Below are positions 6,983 through 14,894 of a stretch of 19,742 nucleotides of DNA, piece after piece. Location of the stretch: the IMG/VR virus record IMGVR_UViG_2681813004_000004; one strand, given 5' to 3'. Origin of the DNA: a virus (lineage: Duplodnaviria > Heunggongvirae > Uroviricota > Caudoviricetes). Each line of letters opens with the position of its first letter. Position 1 is the first letter of the stretch. The notes under the pieces were generated by a model, which saw only the letters and a list, made by a program, of their open reading frames with translations, did not search any database and had not been told where the DNA came from. Made by a program: the position numbers and the translations under genes.

Positions 6983-8571
6983 AACGAACGCCTGTCCTGA
7001 TTGATGTGAACGGCGTTCCGCTTCGTGAGAGTCTCAGCTACAACGGGGGCGGCGCAGGATTTGGCGGGCAAATGGCGGAGTGGTTGCCACCGGCGCAGAG
7101 TGCCGATGCAGCCCTGCTGCCTGCGTTGCGTCTGGGGAATGCCCGGGCAGATGATCTGGTGCGCAATAACGGGATAGCGGCCAATGCGGTGGCCCTGCAT
7201 AAGGATCATATTGTCGGGCATATGTTTCTGATCAGCTACCGTCCGAACTGGCGCTGGCTGGGGATGCGGGAGACTGCGGCAAAAAGTTTTGTCGATGAGG
7301 TGGAGGCGGCCTGGTCGGAATACGCCGAAGGGATGTCTGGCGAGATCGACGTGGAAGAGAAACGCACGTTTACGGAATTTATTCGTGAAGGTGTGGGCGT
7401 TCATGCGTTTAACGGCGAAATCTTTGTGCAGCCGGTCTGGGATACGGAGAGCACGCAACTGTTTCGTACGCGTTTTAAAGCCGTGAGTCCGAAACGGGTG
7501 GACACGCCAGGACACGGTATGGGGAACCGTTTTCTGCGGGCCGGTGTGGAGGTCGATCGATATGGTCGTGCCGTTGCGTACCATATCTGTGAGGATGATT
7601 TTCCATTCTCTGGGAGTGGACGATGGGAACGGATCCCGCGTGAACTTCCCACCGGGCGTCCGGCCATGCTGCATATTTTCGAGCCGGTGGAGGACGGGCA
7701 GACCCGTGGGGCCAATCAGTTTTACAGCGTAATGGAACGGCTGAAGATGCTCGATTCCCTGCAGGCAACACAGCTTCAGTCGGCCATAGTGAAGGCGATG
7801 TATGCAGCGACGATTGAAAGTGACCTTGATACCGAAAAGGCCTTTGAATATATCGCCGGTGCGCCGCAGGGGCAGAAGGATAATCCGCTTATTAATATTC
7901 TGGATAAGTTCTCCACCTGGTATGACACGAATAGCGTGACGCTGGGCGGTGTCAAAATTCCGCACCTTTTCCCCGGTGATGATCTGAAACTTCAGACCGC
8001 GCAGGATTCAGACAATGGATTTTCGGCGCTTGAACAGGCGCTGCTGCGGTATATCGCCGCCGGTCTTGGCGTTTCCTACGAACAGTTGTCCCGTGATTAC
8101 TCGAAGGTCAGTTATTCAAGTGCCCGCGCATCCGCCAATGAGTCGTGGCGCTATTTTATGGGGCGGCGAAAATTTATTGCGTCCCGGCTGGCCACGCAGA
8201 TGTTTTCCTGCTGGCTGGAAGAGGCACTTCTTCGGGGGATTATTCGTCCGCCACGGGCACGTTTTGATTTTTATCAGGCGCGATCAGCCTGGTCACGGGC
8301 TGAGTGGATTGGAGCCGGAAGAATGGCCATTGACGGGCTCAAGGAGGTTCAGGAATCAGTGATGCGCATTGAGGCCGGACTGAGCACGTATGAGAAAGAG
8401 CTGGCGCTGATGGGCGAGGATTATCAGGACATTTTCCGCCAGCAGGTCAGGGAATCTGCAGAGCGGGAAAAAGCCGGACTCTCACGTCCGGTGTGGATAG
8501 CGCAGGCGTATCAGCAGCAGATAGCGGAGAGTCGCAGGCCGGAAGAGGAGACAACACCACGTGAGACGTAA
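6979..8571 (+). CDS. B: Portal protein gpB-like, 530 aa
   Basis: Size and position match lambda gpB (head order A-W-B-C-D-E). Confidence 0.93.
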   Translation: MKRTPVLIDVNGVPLRESLSYNGGGAGFGGQMAEWLPPAQSADAALLPALRLGNARADDLVRNNGIAANAVALHKDHIVGHMFLISYRPNWRWLGMRETAAKSFVDEVEAAWSEYAEGMSGEIDVEEKRTFTEFIREGVGVHAFNGEIFVQPVWDTESTQLFRTRFKAVSPKRVDTPGHGMGNRFLRAGVEVDRYGRAVAYHICEDDFPFSGSGRWERIPRELPTGRPAMLHIFEPVEDGQTRGANQFYSVMERLKMLDSLQATQLQSAIVKAMYAATIESDLDTEKAFEYIAGAPQGQKDNPLINILDKFSTWYDTNSVTLGGVKIPHLFPGDDLKLQTAQDSDNGFSALEQALLRYIAAGLGVSYEQLSRDYSKVSYSSARASANESWRYFMGRRKFIASRLATQMFSCWLEEALLRGIIRPPRARFDFYQARSAWSRAEWIGAGRMAIDGLKEVQESVMRIEAGLSTYEKELALMGEDYQDIFRQQVRESAEREKAGLSRPVWIAQAYQQQIAESRRPEEETTPRET

Positions 8572-10066
8572 TCTTTCACACATTATTGCCGCAGCATTCA
8601 ATGAACCGCTGCTTCTGGAGCCCGCCTATGCGCGGGTTTTCTTTTGCGCGCTCGGGCGCGAGATGGGGGCAGCAAGTCTTTCGGTACCACAACAGCAGGT
8701 ACAGCTTGATGCTCCCGGAATGCTGGCTGAAACGGACGAGTACATGGCCGGAGGTAAACGACCGGCCCGTGTTTACCGGGTGGTGAACGGTATTGCGGTA
8801 CTGCCGGTGACCGGCACGCTGGTGCACCGGCTGGGGGGGATGCGGCCATTTTCCGGAATGACTGGCTATGACGGCATTGTCGCCTGTCTTCAGCAGGCAA
8901 TGGCAGATAGCCAGGTGCGGGGCATACTGCTGGACATTGACAGTCCGGGCGGGCAGGCCGCTGGCGCGTTTGACTGCGCTGACATGATTTACCGCCTCCG
9001 TCAGCAGAAGCCGGTCTGGGCACTGTGCAATGACACGGCCTGTTCTGCAGCCATGCTGCTGGCGTCGGCCTGCTCCCGACGGCTGGTTACCCAGACATCC
9101 CGTATCGGCTCCATTGGCGTGATGATGAGCCATGTCAGCTATGCCGGTCATCTGGCGCAGGCCGGTGTGGATATCACGCTGATTTACTCAGGGGCGCACA
9201 AGGTGGATGGCAATCAGTTTGAAGCCTTACCGGCAGAGGTTCGCCAGGACATGCAGCAGCGCATTGATGCGGCGCGCCGGATGTTTGCCGAAAAAGTGGC
9301 GATGTTTACCGGTCTGTCTGTTGATGCCGTCACGGGAACAGAGGCCGCCGTTTTTGAAGGTCAGTCCGGCATTGAGGCCGGGCTGGCGGATGAATTAGTC
9401 AATGTGTCGGATGCCATCAGTGTGATGGCCACGGCGCTGAACAGTAATGTCAGAGGAGGCACTATGCCGCAATTAACTGCAACGGAAGCCGCCGCGCAGG
9501 AGAACCAGCGAGTGATGGGGATCCTGACATGCCAGGAAGCGAAAGGACGTGAACAGCTTGCCACGATGCTGGCAGGACAACAGGGCATGAGCGTTGCACA
9601 GGCCCGGGCGATTCTGGCCGCGGCGGCACCGCAGCAGCCGGTGGCATCCACGCAGAGTGAAGCCGATCGCATTATGGCGTGTGAAGAAGCGAACGGTCGT
9701 GAACAACTGGCGGCAACGCTGGCGGCGATGCCGGAGATGACGGTGGAAAAAGCCCGCCCGATCCTGGCTGCTTCACCGCAGGCGGATGCCGGACCCTCAC
9801 TCCGTGATCAGATCATGGCACTGGATGAGGCAAAAGGGGCTGAGGCGCAGGCTGAACAGCTGGCTGCCTGCCCGGGAATGACTGTGGAGAGCGCCCGGGC
9901 TGTGCTGGCTGCGGGATCAGGTAAGGCAGAACCGGTCTCTGCATCCACAACCGCCCTGTTTGAACGCATCATGGCGAACCATTCACCGGCAGCGGTACAG
10001 GGTGGCGTGCCACAGACGTCAGCAGACGGTGATGCGGACGTGAAAATGCTCATGGCCATGCCATGA
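8561..10066 (+). CDS. C: Prohead protease / minor capsid protein gpC-like (S49 ClpP-like peptidase) with C-terminal scaffold-like repeat region, 501 aa, GTG start
   Basis: N-terminus ...NEPLLLEPAYARVFF...GIAVLPVTGTLV...KPVWAL...RLVTQTSRIGSIGVMM...ITLIYSG.HKVDGN resembles lambda gpC; C-terminal part contains the IMGIL.C.EA.GREQLA motif three times. Confidence 0.9.
   Translation: MRRNLSHIIAAAFNEPLLLEPAYARVFFCALGREMGAASLSVPQQQVQLDAPGMLAETDEYMAGGKRPARVYRVVNGIAVLPVTGTLVHRLGGMRPFSGMTGYDGIVACLQQAMADSQVRGILLDIDSPGGQAAGAFDCADMIYRLRQQKPVWALCNDTACSAAMLLASACSRRLVTQTSRIGSIGVMMSHVSYAGHLAQAGVDITLIYSGAHKVDGNQFEALPAEVRQDMQQRIDAARRMFAEKVAMFTGLSVDAVTGTEAAVFEGQSGIEAGLADELVNVSDAISVMATALNSNVRGGTMPQLTATEAAAQENQRVMGILTCQEAKGREQLATMLAGQQGMSVAQARAILAAAAPQQPVASTQSEADRIMACEEANGREQLAATLAAMPEMTVEKARPILAASPQADAGPSLRDQIMALDEAKGAEAQAEQLAACPGMTVESARAVLAAGSGKAEPVSASTTALFERIMANHSPAAVQGGVPQTSADGDADVKMLMAMP
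9464..10066 (+). CDS. nu3: Candidate nested in-frame scaffolding protein (Nu3-like) inside the 3' part of C, 200 aa
   Basis: Internal ATG at 9464 preceded by AGGAGG (9454-9459); in lambda, Nu3 is an in-frame internal start within C (established knowledge). Confidence 0.4.
   Translation: MPQLTATEAAAQENQRVMGILTCQEAKGREQLATMLAGQQGMSVAQARAILAAAAPQQPVASTQSEADRIMACEEANGREQLAATLAAMPEMTVEKARPILAASPQADAGPSLRDQIMALDEAKGAEAQAEQLAACPGMTVESARAVLAAGSGKAEPVSASTTALFERIMANHSPAAVQGGVPQTSADGDADVKMLMAMP
9509..9995 (+). repeat. Three and a half diverged tandem repeats (about 45 aa / 140 bp each) within the scaffold region of C/Nu3
   Basis: Protein repeats: RVMGILTCQEAKGREQLATMLAGQQGMSVAQARAILAAAAP / RIMACEEANGREQLAATLAAMPEMTVEKARPILAASP / QIMALDEAKGAEAQAEQLAACPGMTVESARAVLAAGS / RIMANHSPAA. 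Confidence 0.8.
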
Positions 10067-10102
10067 AGTCAGTGCTGATCATCAACAGGAGGTTTTTACA
10101 AT

Positions 10103-10450
10103 ATGGTAACGAAAACCATCACTGAACAGCGTGCGGAAGTACGTATTTTTGCCGGTAATGATCCGGCTCATACCGCCACAGGCAGCAGCGGGATTTCCTC
10201 GGCAACACCGGCACTGACGCCCCTGATGCTGGATGAAGCCAGCGGGAAACTGGTGGTCTGGGACGGACAGAAAGCCGGTAGTGCAGTTGGCATACTGGTA
10301 CTGCCGCTTGAAGGCACAGAGACGGTACTGACCTATTACAAGTCGGGGACCTTTGCGACGGAGGCAATCCGCTGGCCTGAAAGTGTGGATGAACACAAAA
10401 AGGCAAATGCCTTTGCCGGCAGTGCCCTGAGTCACGCGGCGCTGCCGTAA
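10103..10450 (+). CDS. D: Head decoration protein gpD-like, 115 aa
   Basis: ...NDPAHTATGSSG...TPLMLDEASGKLVVWDG...VGILVLPLEG...YYKSGTF...AFAGSAL resembles lambda gpD; AGGAGG upstream. Confidence 0.92.
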   Translation: MVTKTITEQRAEVRIFAGNDPAHTATGSSGISSATPALTPLMLDEASGKLVVWDGQKAGSAVGILVLPLEGTETVLTYYKSGTFATEAIRWPESVDEHKKANAFAGSALSHAALP

Positions 10451-10507
10451 CACGTTATCAGGCCACCGCGGTGGCCTGACTGATTTCTGAATGAAAGGAA
10501 CTGATTT

Positions 10508-11536
10508 ATGGGATTGTTTACGACCCGCCAGTTACTCGGTTATACCGAACAAAAAGTGAAATTTCGTGCGCTGTTTCTGGAGCTGTTTTTCCGCCGTACG
10601 GTGAATTTCCATACCGAAGAGGTGATGCTGGACAAAATTACCGGAAAAACGCCGGTGGCGGCCTATGTCTCCCCGGTTGTTGAAGGAAAAGTGCTGCGTC
10701 ATCGTGGTGGTGAAACCCGCGTGTTACGTCCGGGCTACGTCAAGCCGAAACACGAATTTAATTACCAGCAGGCGGTTGAGCGCCTTCCTGGTGAAGATCC
10801 GGCTCAACTGAACGATCCGGCTTACCGCCGTCTGCGTATCATTACCGATAACCTCAAACAGGAAGAGCACGCGATTGTCCAGGTGGAAGAAATACAGGCG
10901 GTAAATGCTGTGTTGTATGGCAAATATACGATGGAAGGAGACCAGTTCGAGAAAATTGAGGTCGATTTTGGCAGGTCGACGAAGAATAACATCACTCAGG
11001 GTAGTGGTAAGGAGTGGTCAAAACAGGATCGTGACACGTTCGATCCTACACATGATCTTGACCTCTACTGCGACCAGGCCAGCGGTCTTGTGAATATTGC
11101 CATTATGGACGGTACCGTCTGGCGTCTGCTGAATGGCTTTAAATTGTTCCGCGAAAAACTGGATACCCGTCGCGGCTCTAATTCGCAACTCGAAACAGCG
11201 GTGAAAGATCTGGGCGCAGTGGTGTCCTTCAAGGGGTATTACGGCGATCTGGCCATTGTGGTGGCGAAAACGTCTTATATAGCAGAAGACGGTATCGAAA
11301 AACGTTATCTGCCGGAGGGCATGCTGGTTCTGGGGAATACTGCTGCAGATGGGATCCGTTGTTACGGTGCCATTCAGGATGCGCAGGCGTTGTCCGAAGG
11401 TGTGGTGGCCTCTTCCCGTTATCCGAAACACTGGCTGACGGTGGGGGATCCCGCCCGTGAATTTACCATGACGCAGTCCGCGCCGCTGATGGTGTTGCCG
11501 GACCCGGATGAGTTTGTGGTGGTACAGGTGAAATAA
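10508..11536 (+). CDS. E: Major capsid protein gpE-like, 342 aa
   Basis: Size (lambda gpE is about 341 aa) and position directly after D; good RBS context. Confidence 0.93.
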   Translation: MGLFTTRQLLGYTEQKVKFRALFLELFFRRTVNFHTEEVMLDKITGKTPVAAYVSPVVEGKVLRHRGGETRVLRPGYVKPKHEFNYQQAVERLPGEDPAQLNDPAYRRLRIITDNLKQEEHAIVQVEEIQAVNAVLYGKYTMEGDQFEKIEVDFGRSTKNNITQGSGKEWSKQDRDTFDPTHDLDLYCDQASGLVNIAIMDGTVWRLLNGFKLFREKLDTRRGSNSQLETAVKDLGAVVSFKGYYGDLAIVVAKTSYIAEDGIEKRYLPEGMLVLGNTAADGIRCYGAIQDAQALSEGVVASSRYPKHWLTVGDPAREFTMTQSAPLMVLPDPDEFVVVQVK

Positions 11537-11544
11537 TCCGTGAG

Positions 11545-11573
11545 CGGGGGCGAAATGCCCCCGTGTCTTTTTT
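11545..11573 (+). terminator. Rho-independent terminator immediately after the major capsid gene
   Basis: cgggggc / gcccccg stem with gaaat loop followed by tgtctttttt. Confidence 0.6.
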
Positions 11574-11587
11574 CACAGGGGGCTGAT

Positions 11588-11962
11588 ATGGCAACGAAAG
11601 AGCAAAATCTGAAACGGCTTGATGAACTGGCCCTGATTCTGGGGCGTGAGCCGGATATATCCGGGAGTGCCGCAGAGATAGCGCAGCGGGTGGCGGAATG
11701 GGAAGAGGAAATACAGTCATCCGGCGATGATGTACAGGTTATGAATATGGATATCCGGGAGAGGGAAACCGCGGCTCATGATGTTCGTGAGGATACATCC
11801 GGTGCGTTAACGCGCATCAGAGTTCTGACCTGCCTCCATCTCTGTGGCATTGATGGTGAAACAGGGGAATCCGTTGAGATTGCGGATGTTGGTCGGGTGA
11901 TTCTGATTATGTCCTCAGATGCAAAAACACACGTTGATGGCGGAATGGCTGTTTATGCGTGA
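11588..11962 (+). CDS. FI: DNA packaging / head assembly accessory protein gpFI-like, 124 aa
   Basis: Position between E and FII; acidic protein. ATG at 11588 chosen because the ORF-track start at 11540 runs through the terminator hairpin. Confidence 0.65.
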   Translation: MATKEQNLKRLDELALILGREPDISGSAAEIAQRVAEWEEEIQSSGDDVQVMNMDIRERETAAHDVREDTSGALTRIRVLTCLHLCGIDGETGESVEIADVGRVILIMSSDAKTHVDGGMAVYA

Positions 11963-12308
11963 TTTTCAGAATGCCTTTGATGCTGCCCTTGCCGGGGTGG
12001 ACAGTACGATTGTTGAAGTGATGGGGCTCTGTGCACAGTTCACCTCGGGGGCACAGTGTGGCGGAGAAGTTCAGGGGGTTTTTGACGATCCGGAGTCGCT
12101 GGGGTTTGCCGGTGGCGGGGTCCGTATTGAAGGAAGCAGCCCGTCATTATTTGTGCGGACGGATACGGTTCGTGCCGTGCGGCGTGGTGACACGCTGACC
12201 ATTAATGGTGAGATATTCTGGGTGGATCGTGTTTCTCCGGATGACGGGGGCAGCTGTTATCTCTGGCTCAACCGTGGTCAACCACCCGCAGTTAACCGGC
12301 GACGATAA
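11955..12308 (+). CDS. FII: Head-tail connector (head completion) protein gpFII-like, 117 aa
   Basis: MRDFQNAFDAALAGVD...GVFDDPE...GGGVRIEGSSPSLFVRTDTVRAVRRGDTLTI...FWVDRVSPDDGGSCYLWL...PPAVNRRR closely resembles lambda gpFII; ATG at 11955 overlaps the FI stop. Confidence 0.88.
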   Translation: MRDFQNAFDAALAGVDSTIVEVMGLCAQFTSGAQCGGEVQGVFDDPESLGFAGGGVRIEGSSPSLFVRTDTVRAVRRGDTLTINGEIFWVDRVSPDDGGSCYLWLNRGQPPAVNRRR

Positions 12309-12323
12309 ACGCAGGGTGAAATT

Positions 12324-12857
12324 ATGGCGATAAAAGGGCTTGATCAGGCGATTGACAATCTGAGCCGGGTTCGTAAAAACGCCATTCCGGCGGCTTCAGC
12401 AATGGCCATTAACCGCGTGGCCACAACGGCGATTAATCAGTCTTCATCACAGGTTGCCCGGGAGACAAAGGTTCGCCGGAAACTGGTTAAGGAACGGTCC
12501 AGACTGAAACGGGCGACGGTCAGAAATCCGAATGCCAGAATTATCGTTAACCGCGGTGATCTCCCTGTGATTAAGCTGGGGATCAGGATGCCGGGGCGTC
12601 GCCCGAACAGCATACTTAAAGCCGGTCAGCATCGGTATCAGCGGGCATTTATTCAGCGATTAAAAAATGGTCGCTGGCATGTCATGCAGCGTGTGGCCGG
12701 GAAAAACCGTTACCCCATTGATGTGGTGAAAATCCCGATGGCGGCCCCACTGAAACAGGCATTTGATGAGAATGTTGACCGTATCCGGCGTGAACGCCTG
12801 CCTAAAGAACTGGCATCCGCGCTGAAACAACAACTGAGGATTGCAATAAAACGATGA
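12324..12857 (+). CDS. Z: Tail completion protein gpZ-like, 177 aa
   Basis: Position and size match lambda gpZ; its stop overlaps the U start. Confidence 0.85.
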   Translation: MAIKGLDQAIDNLSRVRKNAIPAASAMAINRVATTAINQSSSQVARETKVRRKLVKERSRLKRATVRNPNARIIVNRGDLPVIKLGIRMPGRRPNSILKAGQHRYQRAFIQRLKNGRWHVMQRVAGKNRYPIDVVKIPMAAPLKQAFDENVDRIRRERLPKELASALKQQLRIAIKR

Positions 12858-13249
12858 AACACACTGACATTCGTGCCGCAGTGCTGGATGCACTCGAGCA
12901 GCATGAACACGGGGCGACGCTGTTTGATGGTCGCCCCGTTGTTTTTGACGAAGAGGATTTTCCCGCGGTCGCGGTTTATCTGACGGATGCAGAGTATACC
13001 GGTGAAGAGCTGGATGCAGATACCTGGCGGGCCACACTGCATATTGAGGTGTTTTTACCGGCACAGGTACCGGATTCGGAGCTGGATTCGTGGATGGAAA
13101 GCCGGATTTATCCGGCGATGACTGCGATCCCGGCACTGGCAGACCTGATTACCACGATGGTTACGCAGGGCTATGAGTATCGTCGTGATGACGATATGGC
13201 GTTATGGAGTTCTGCAGATCTGACTTATTCCATTACATACGAGATGTGA
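12854..13249 (+). CDS. U: Tail terminator protein gpU-like, 131 aa
   Basis: [54 protein letters not shown]...[25 protein letters not shown]...[14 protein letters not shown] is near-identical in pattern to lambda gpU. Confidence 0.92.
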   Translation: MKHTDIRAAVLDALEQHEHGATLFDGRPVVFDEEDFPAVAVYLTDAEYTGEELDADTWRATLHIEVFLPAQVPDSELDSWMESRIYPAMTAIPALADLITTMVTQGYEYRRDDDMALWSSADLTYSITYEM

Positions 13250-13256
13250 GGACGAT

Positions 13257-14009
13257 ATGGCAACACCAAATCCCCTTGAGCCGGTAAAAGGTGCCGGTAC
13301 CACTCTGTGGGTTTACAACGGCAAGGGTGATGCTTATGCAAACCCGTTGTCAGACGATGACTGGCAGCGACTGGCTAAGGTGAAGGATCTGACGCCGGGC
13401 GAGATGACGGCAGAACCCTACGATGATAACTACCTGGATGATGAAGACGCGGACTGGACCGCGACCGGGCAGGGGCAGAAGTCTGCAGGAGATACCAGTT
13501 TTACGCTGGCCTGGAAACCGGGAGAAGAAGGTCAGAAAGGGCTTATAGGCTGGTTTGAAAGCGGGGATGTGCGGGCCTATAAAATCCGTTTCCCAAATGG
13601 CACGGTGGATGTGTTCCGTGGCTGGGTCAGCAGTATCGGTAAGGCCGTGACGGCGAAGGAAGTGATCACCCGTACGGTGAAAGTGACCAACGTGGGTAAA
13701 CCTTCTGTGGCGGAAGAACGCAGCGAAATTACGCCGGTCACTGCGATTAAGGTGACGCCGACATCCGGTACGGTGGCAAAAGGGAAAACAACCACCCTGA
13801 CGGTTTCTTTTGAGCCGGAAAGTGCAACCGACAAGACGTTCAGAGCGGTTTCCGCCGATCCGTCGAAAGCCACCATTAGTGTGAAAGATATGACAATTAC
13901 GGTAAACGGCGTGGCGACAGGTAAGGTGCAGATCCCTGTGGTGAGCGGAAATGGTCAGTTCGCCGCAGTGGCTGAAGTCACCGTTACTGAAGCGGGCGCT
14001 GCAGGGTAA
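13257..14009 (+). CDS. V: Major tail tube protein gpV-like with C-terminal Ig-like domain, 250 aa
   Basis: ...[77 protein letters not shown]...[36 protein letters not shown] matches lambda gpV. Confidence 0.95.
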   Translation: MATPNPLEPVKGAGTTLWVYNGKGDAYANPLSDDDWQRLAKVKDLTPGEMTAEPYDDNYLDDEDADWTATGQGQKSAGDTSFTLAWKPGEEGQKGLIGWFESGDVRAYKIRFPNGTVDVFRGWVSSIGKAVTAKEVITRTVKVTNVGKPSVAEERSEITPVTAIKVTPTSGTVAKGKTTTLTVSFEPESATDKTFRAVSADPSKATISVKDMTITVNGVATGKVQIPVVSGNGQFAAVAEVTVTEAGAAG

Positions 14010-14022
14010 ACGGAGGTAATAC

Positions 14023-14454
14023 ATGTTTCTGAAAACAGAACAATTTGAATATAACGGTGTGTCCGTCACGCTTTCCGAATTGTCTGCGCTGCAGCGTATT
14101 GAGCATCTTGCCCTCCTGAAACGGCGTGCAGAACAGGCAGAATCCAGCGGCAACCTGCAGGTAAGCGTGGAAGATCTCGTCAGAACCGGCGCGTTTCTGG
14201 TGGCGATGTCCCTGTGGCATAACCATCCACAGAAAACGGAGTCACCGTCAATGAATGAGGCCGTGATGAAGATAGAGCAGGAAGTGCTCACCACCTGGCC
14301 TGCCGATGCCATTGCCCGGGCGGAAGACGTGGTGTTGTGCCTGTCCGGGATGATCGAAGCTGTTCGTCCGGATACTGATATTACTGAAGTGGCGAAAAAT
14401 AACACGCTGACTGATGATGATTTTTCTGCGGGAAAGTCTTCGACGGCGAGCTGA
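14023..14454 (+). CDS. G: Tail assembly chaperone gpG-like, 143 aa
   Basis: MFLKTEQFEYNGVSVTLSELSALQRIEHLALLKRRAEQAES...GAFLVAMSLWHNHPQKTESPSMNEAV resembles lambda gpG. Confidence 0.9.
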   Translation: MFLKTEQFEYNGVSVTLSELSALQRIEHLALLKRRAEQAESSGNLQVSVEDLVRTGAFLVAMSLWHNHPQKTESPSMNEAVMKIEQEVLTTWPADAIARAEDVVLCLSGMIEAVRPDTDITEVAKNNTLTDDDFSAGKSSTAS

Positions 14455-14894
14455 ACTTTGCCCTCAGACTGGCGCGTGAGATGGGGAGACCCGACTGGCG
14501 CGCCATGCTTGCCGGGATAACATCCACCGAATATGCCGACTGGCACCGTTTTTACCGCACGCATTATTTTCAGGATACCCAGCTGGATATGCATTTTTCC
14601 GGGCTGACGTACGCTGTACTCAGCCTGTTTTTTTGCGATCCGGATATGCATCCCTCTGATTTCAGTCTGCTTGTCCCCCGGCATGAGGAAGAGCAGGTGG
14701 AGAGGCCGGATGAGGACAAAATGCTGATGCAGAAAGCGGCAGGACTTGCCGGAGGCGTCCGGTTCGGTGGGGACGGAGGGCGCGATATTTTATCGTCTGC
14801 GGATGTGGCGGATGTCATGGTGGATGATGCCGCATTAATGATGGCTTCAGCGGGGATTTCCGGAGGTGTGAGATATGTCCCAGCCGGTTGGTGA
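14023..14894 (+). CDS. T: Tail assembly chaperone G-T fusion produced by a programmed -1 ribosomal frameshift at slippery heptamer GGGAAAG (14430-14436)
   Basis: GGGAAAG lies in the 0 frame of G near its 3' end; the -1 frame is open from the slip site to 14894 and encodes ...VFDGELNFALRLAREMGRPDWRAMLAGITSTEYADWHRFY..., matching lambda gpT as I recall it. Confidence 0.8.

Noticed and set aside
6808-7965. 385-aa minus-strand ORF
   Set aside because: Lies fully antisense to the well-supported portal gene; Arg/Pro-rich, low-complexity translation typical of spurious antisense ORFs in GC-rich coding DNA.
13350-14684. 444-aa minus-strand ORF
   Set aside because: Antisense to V, G and T, which have strong lambda homology; no RBS or domain evidence; composition typical of chance antisense frames.
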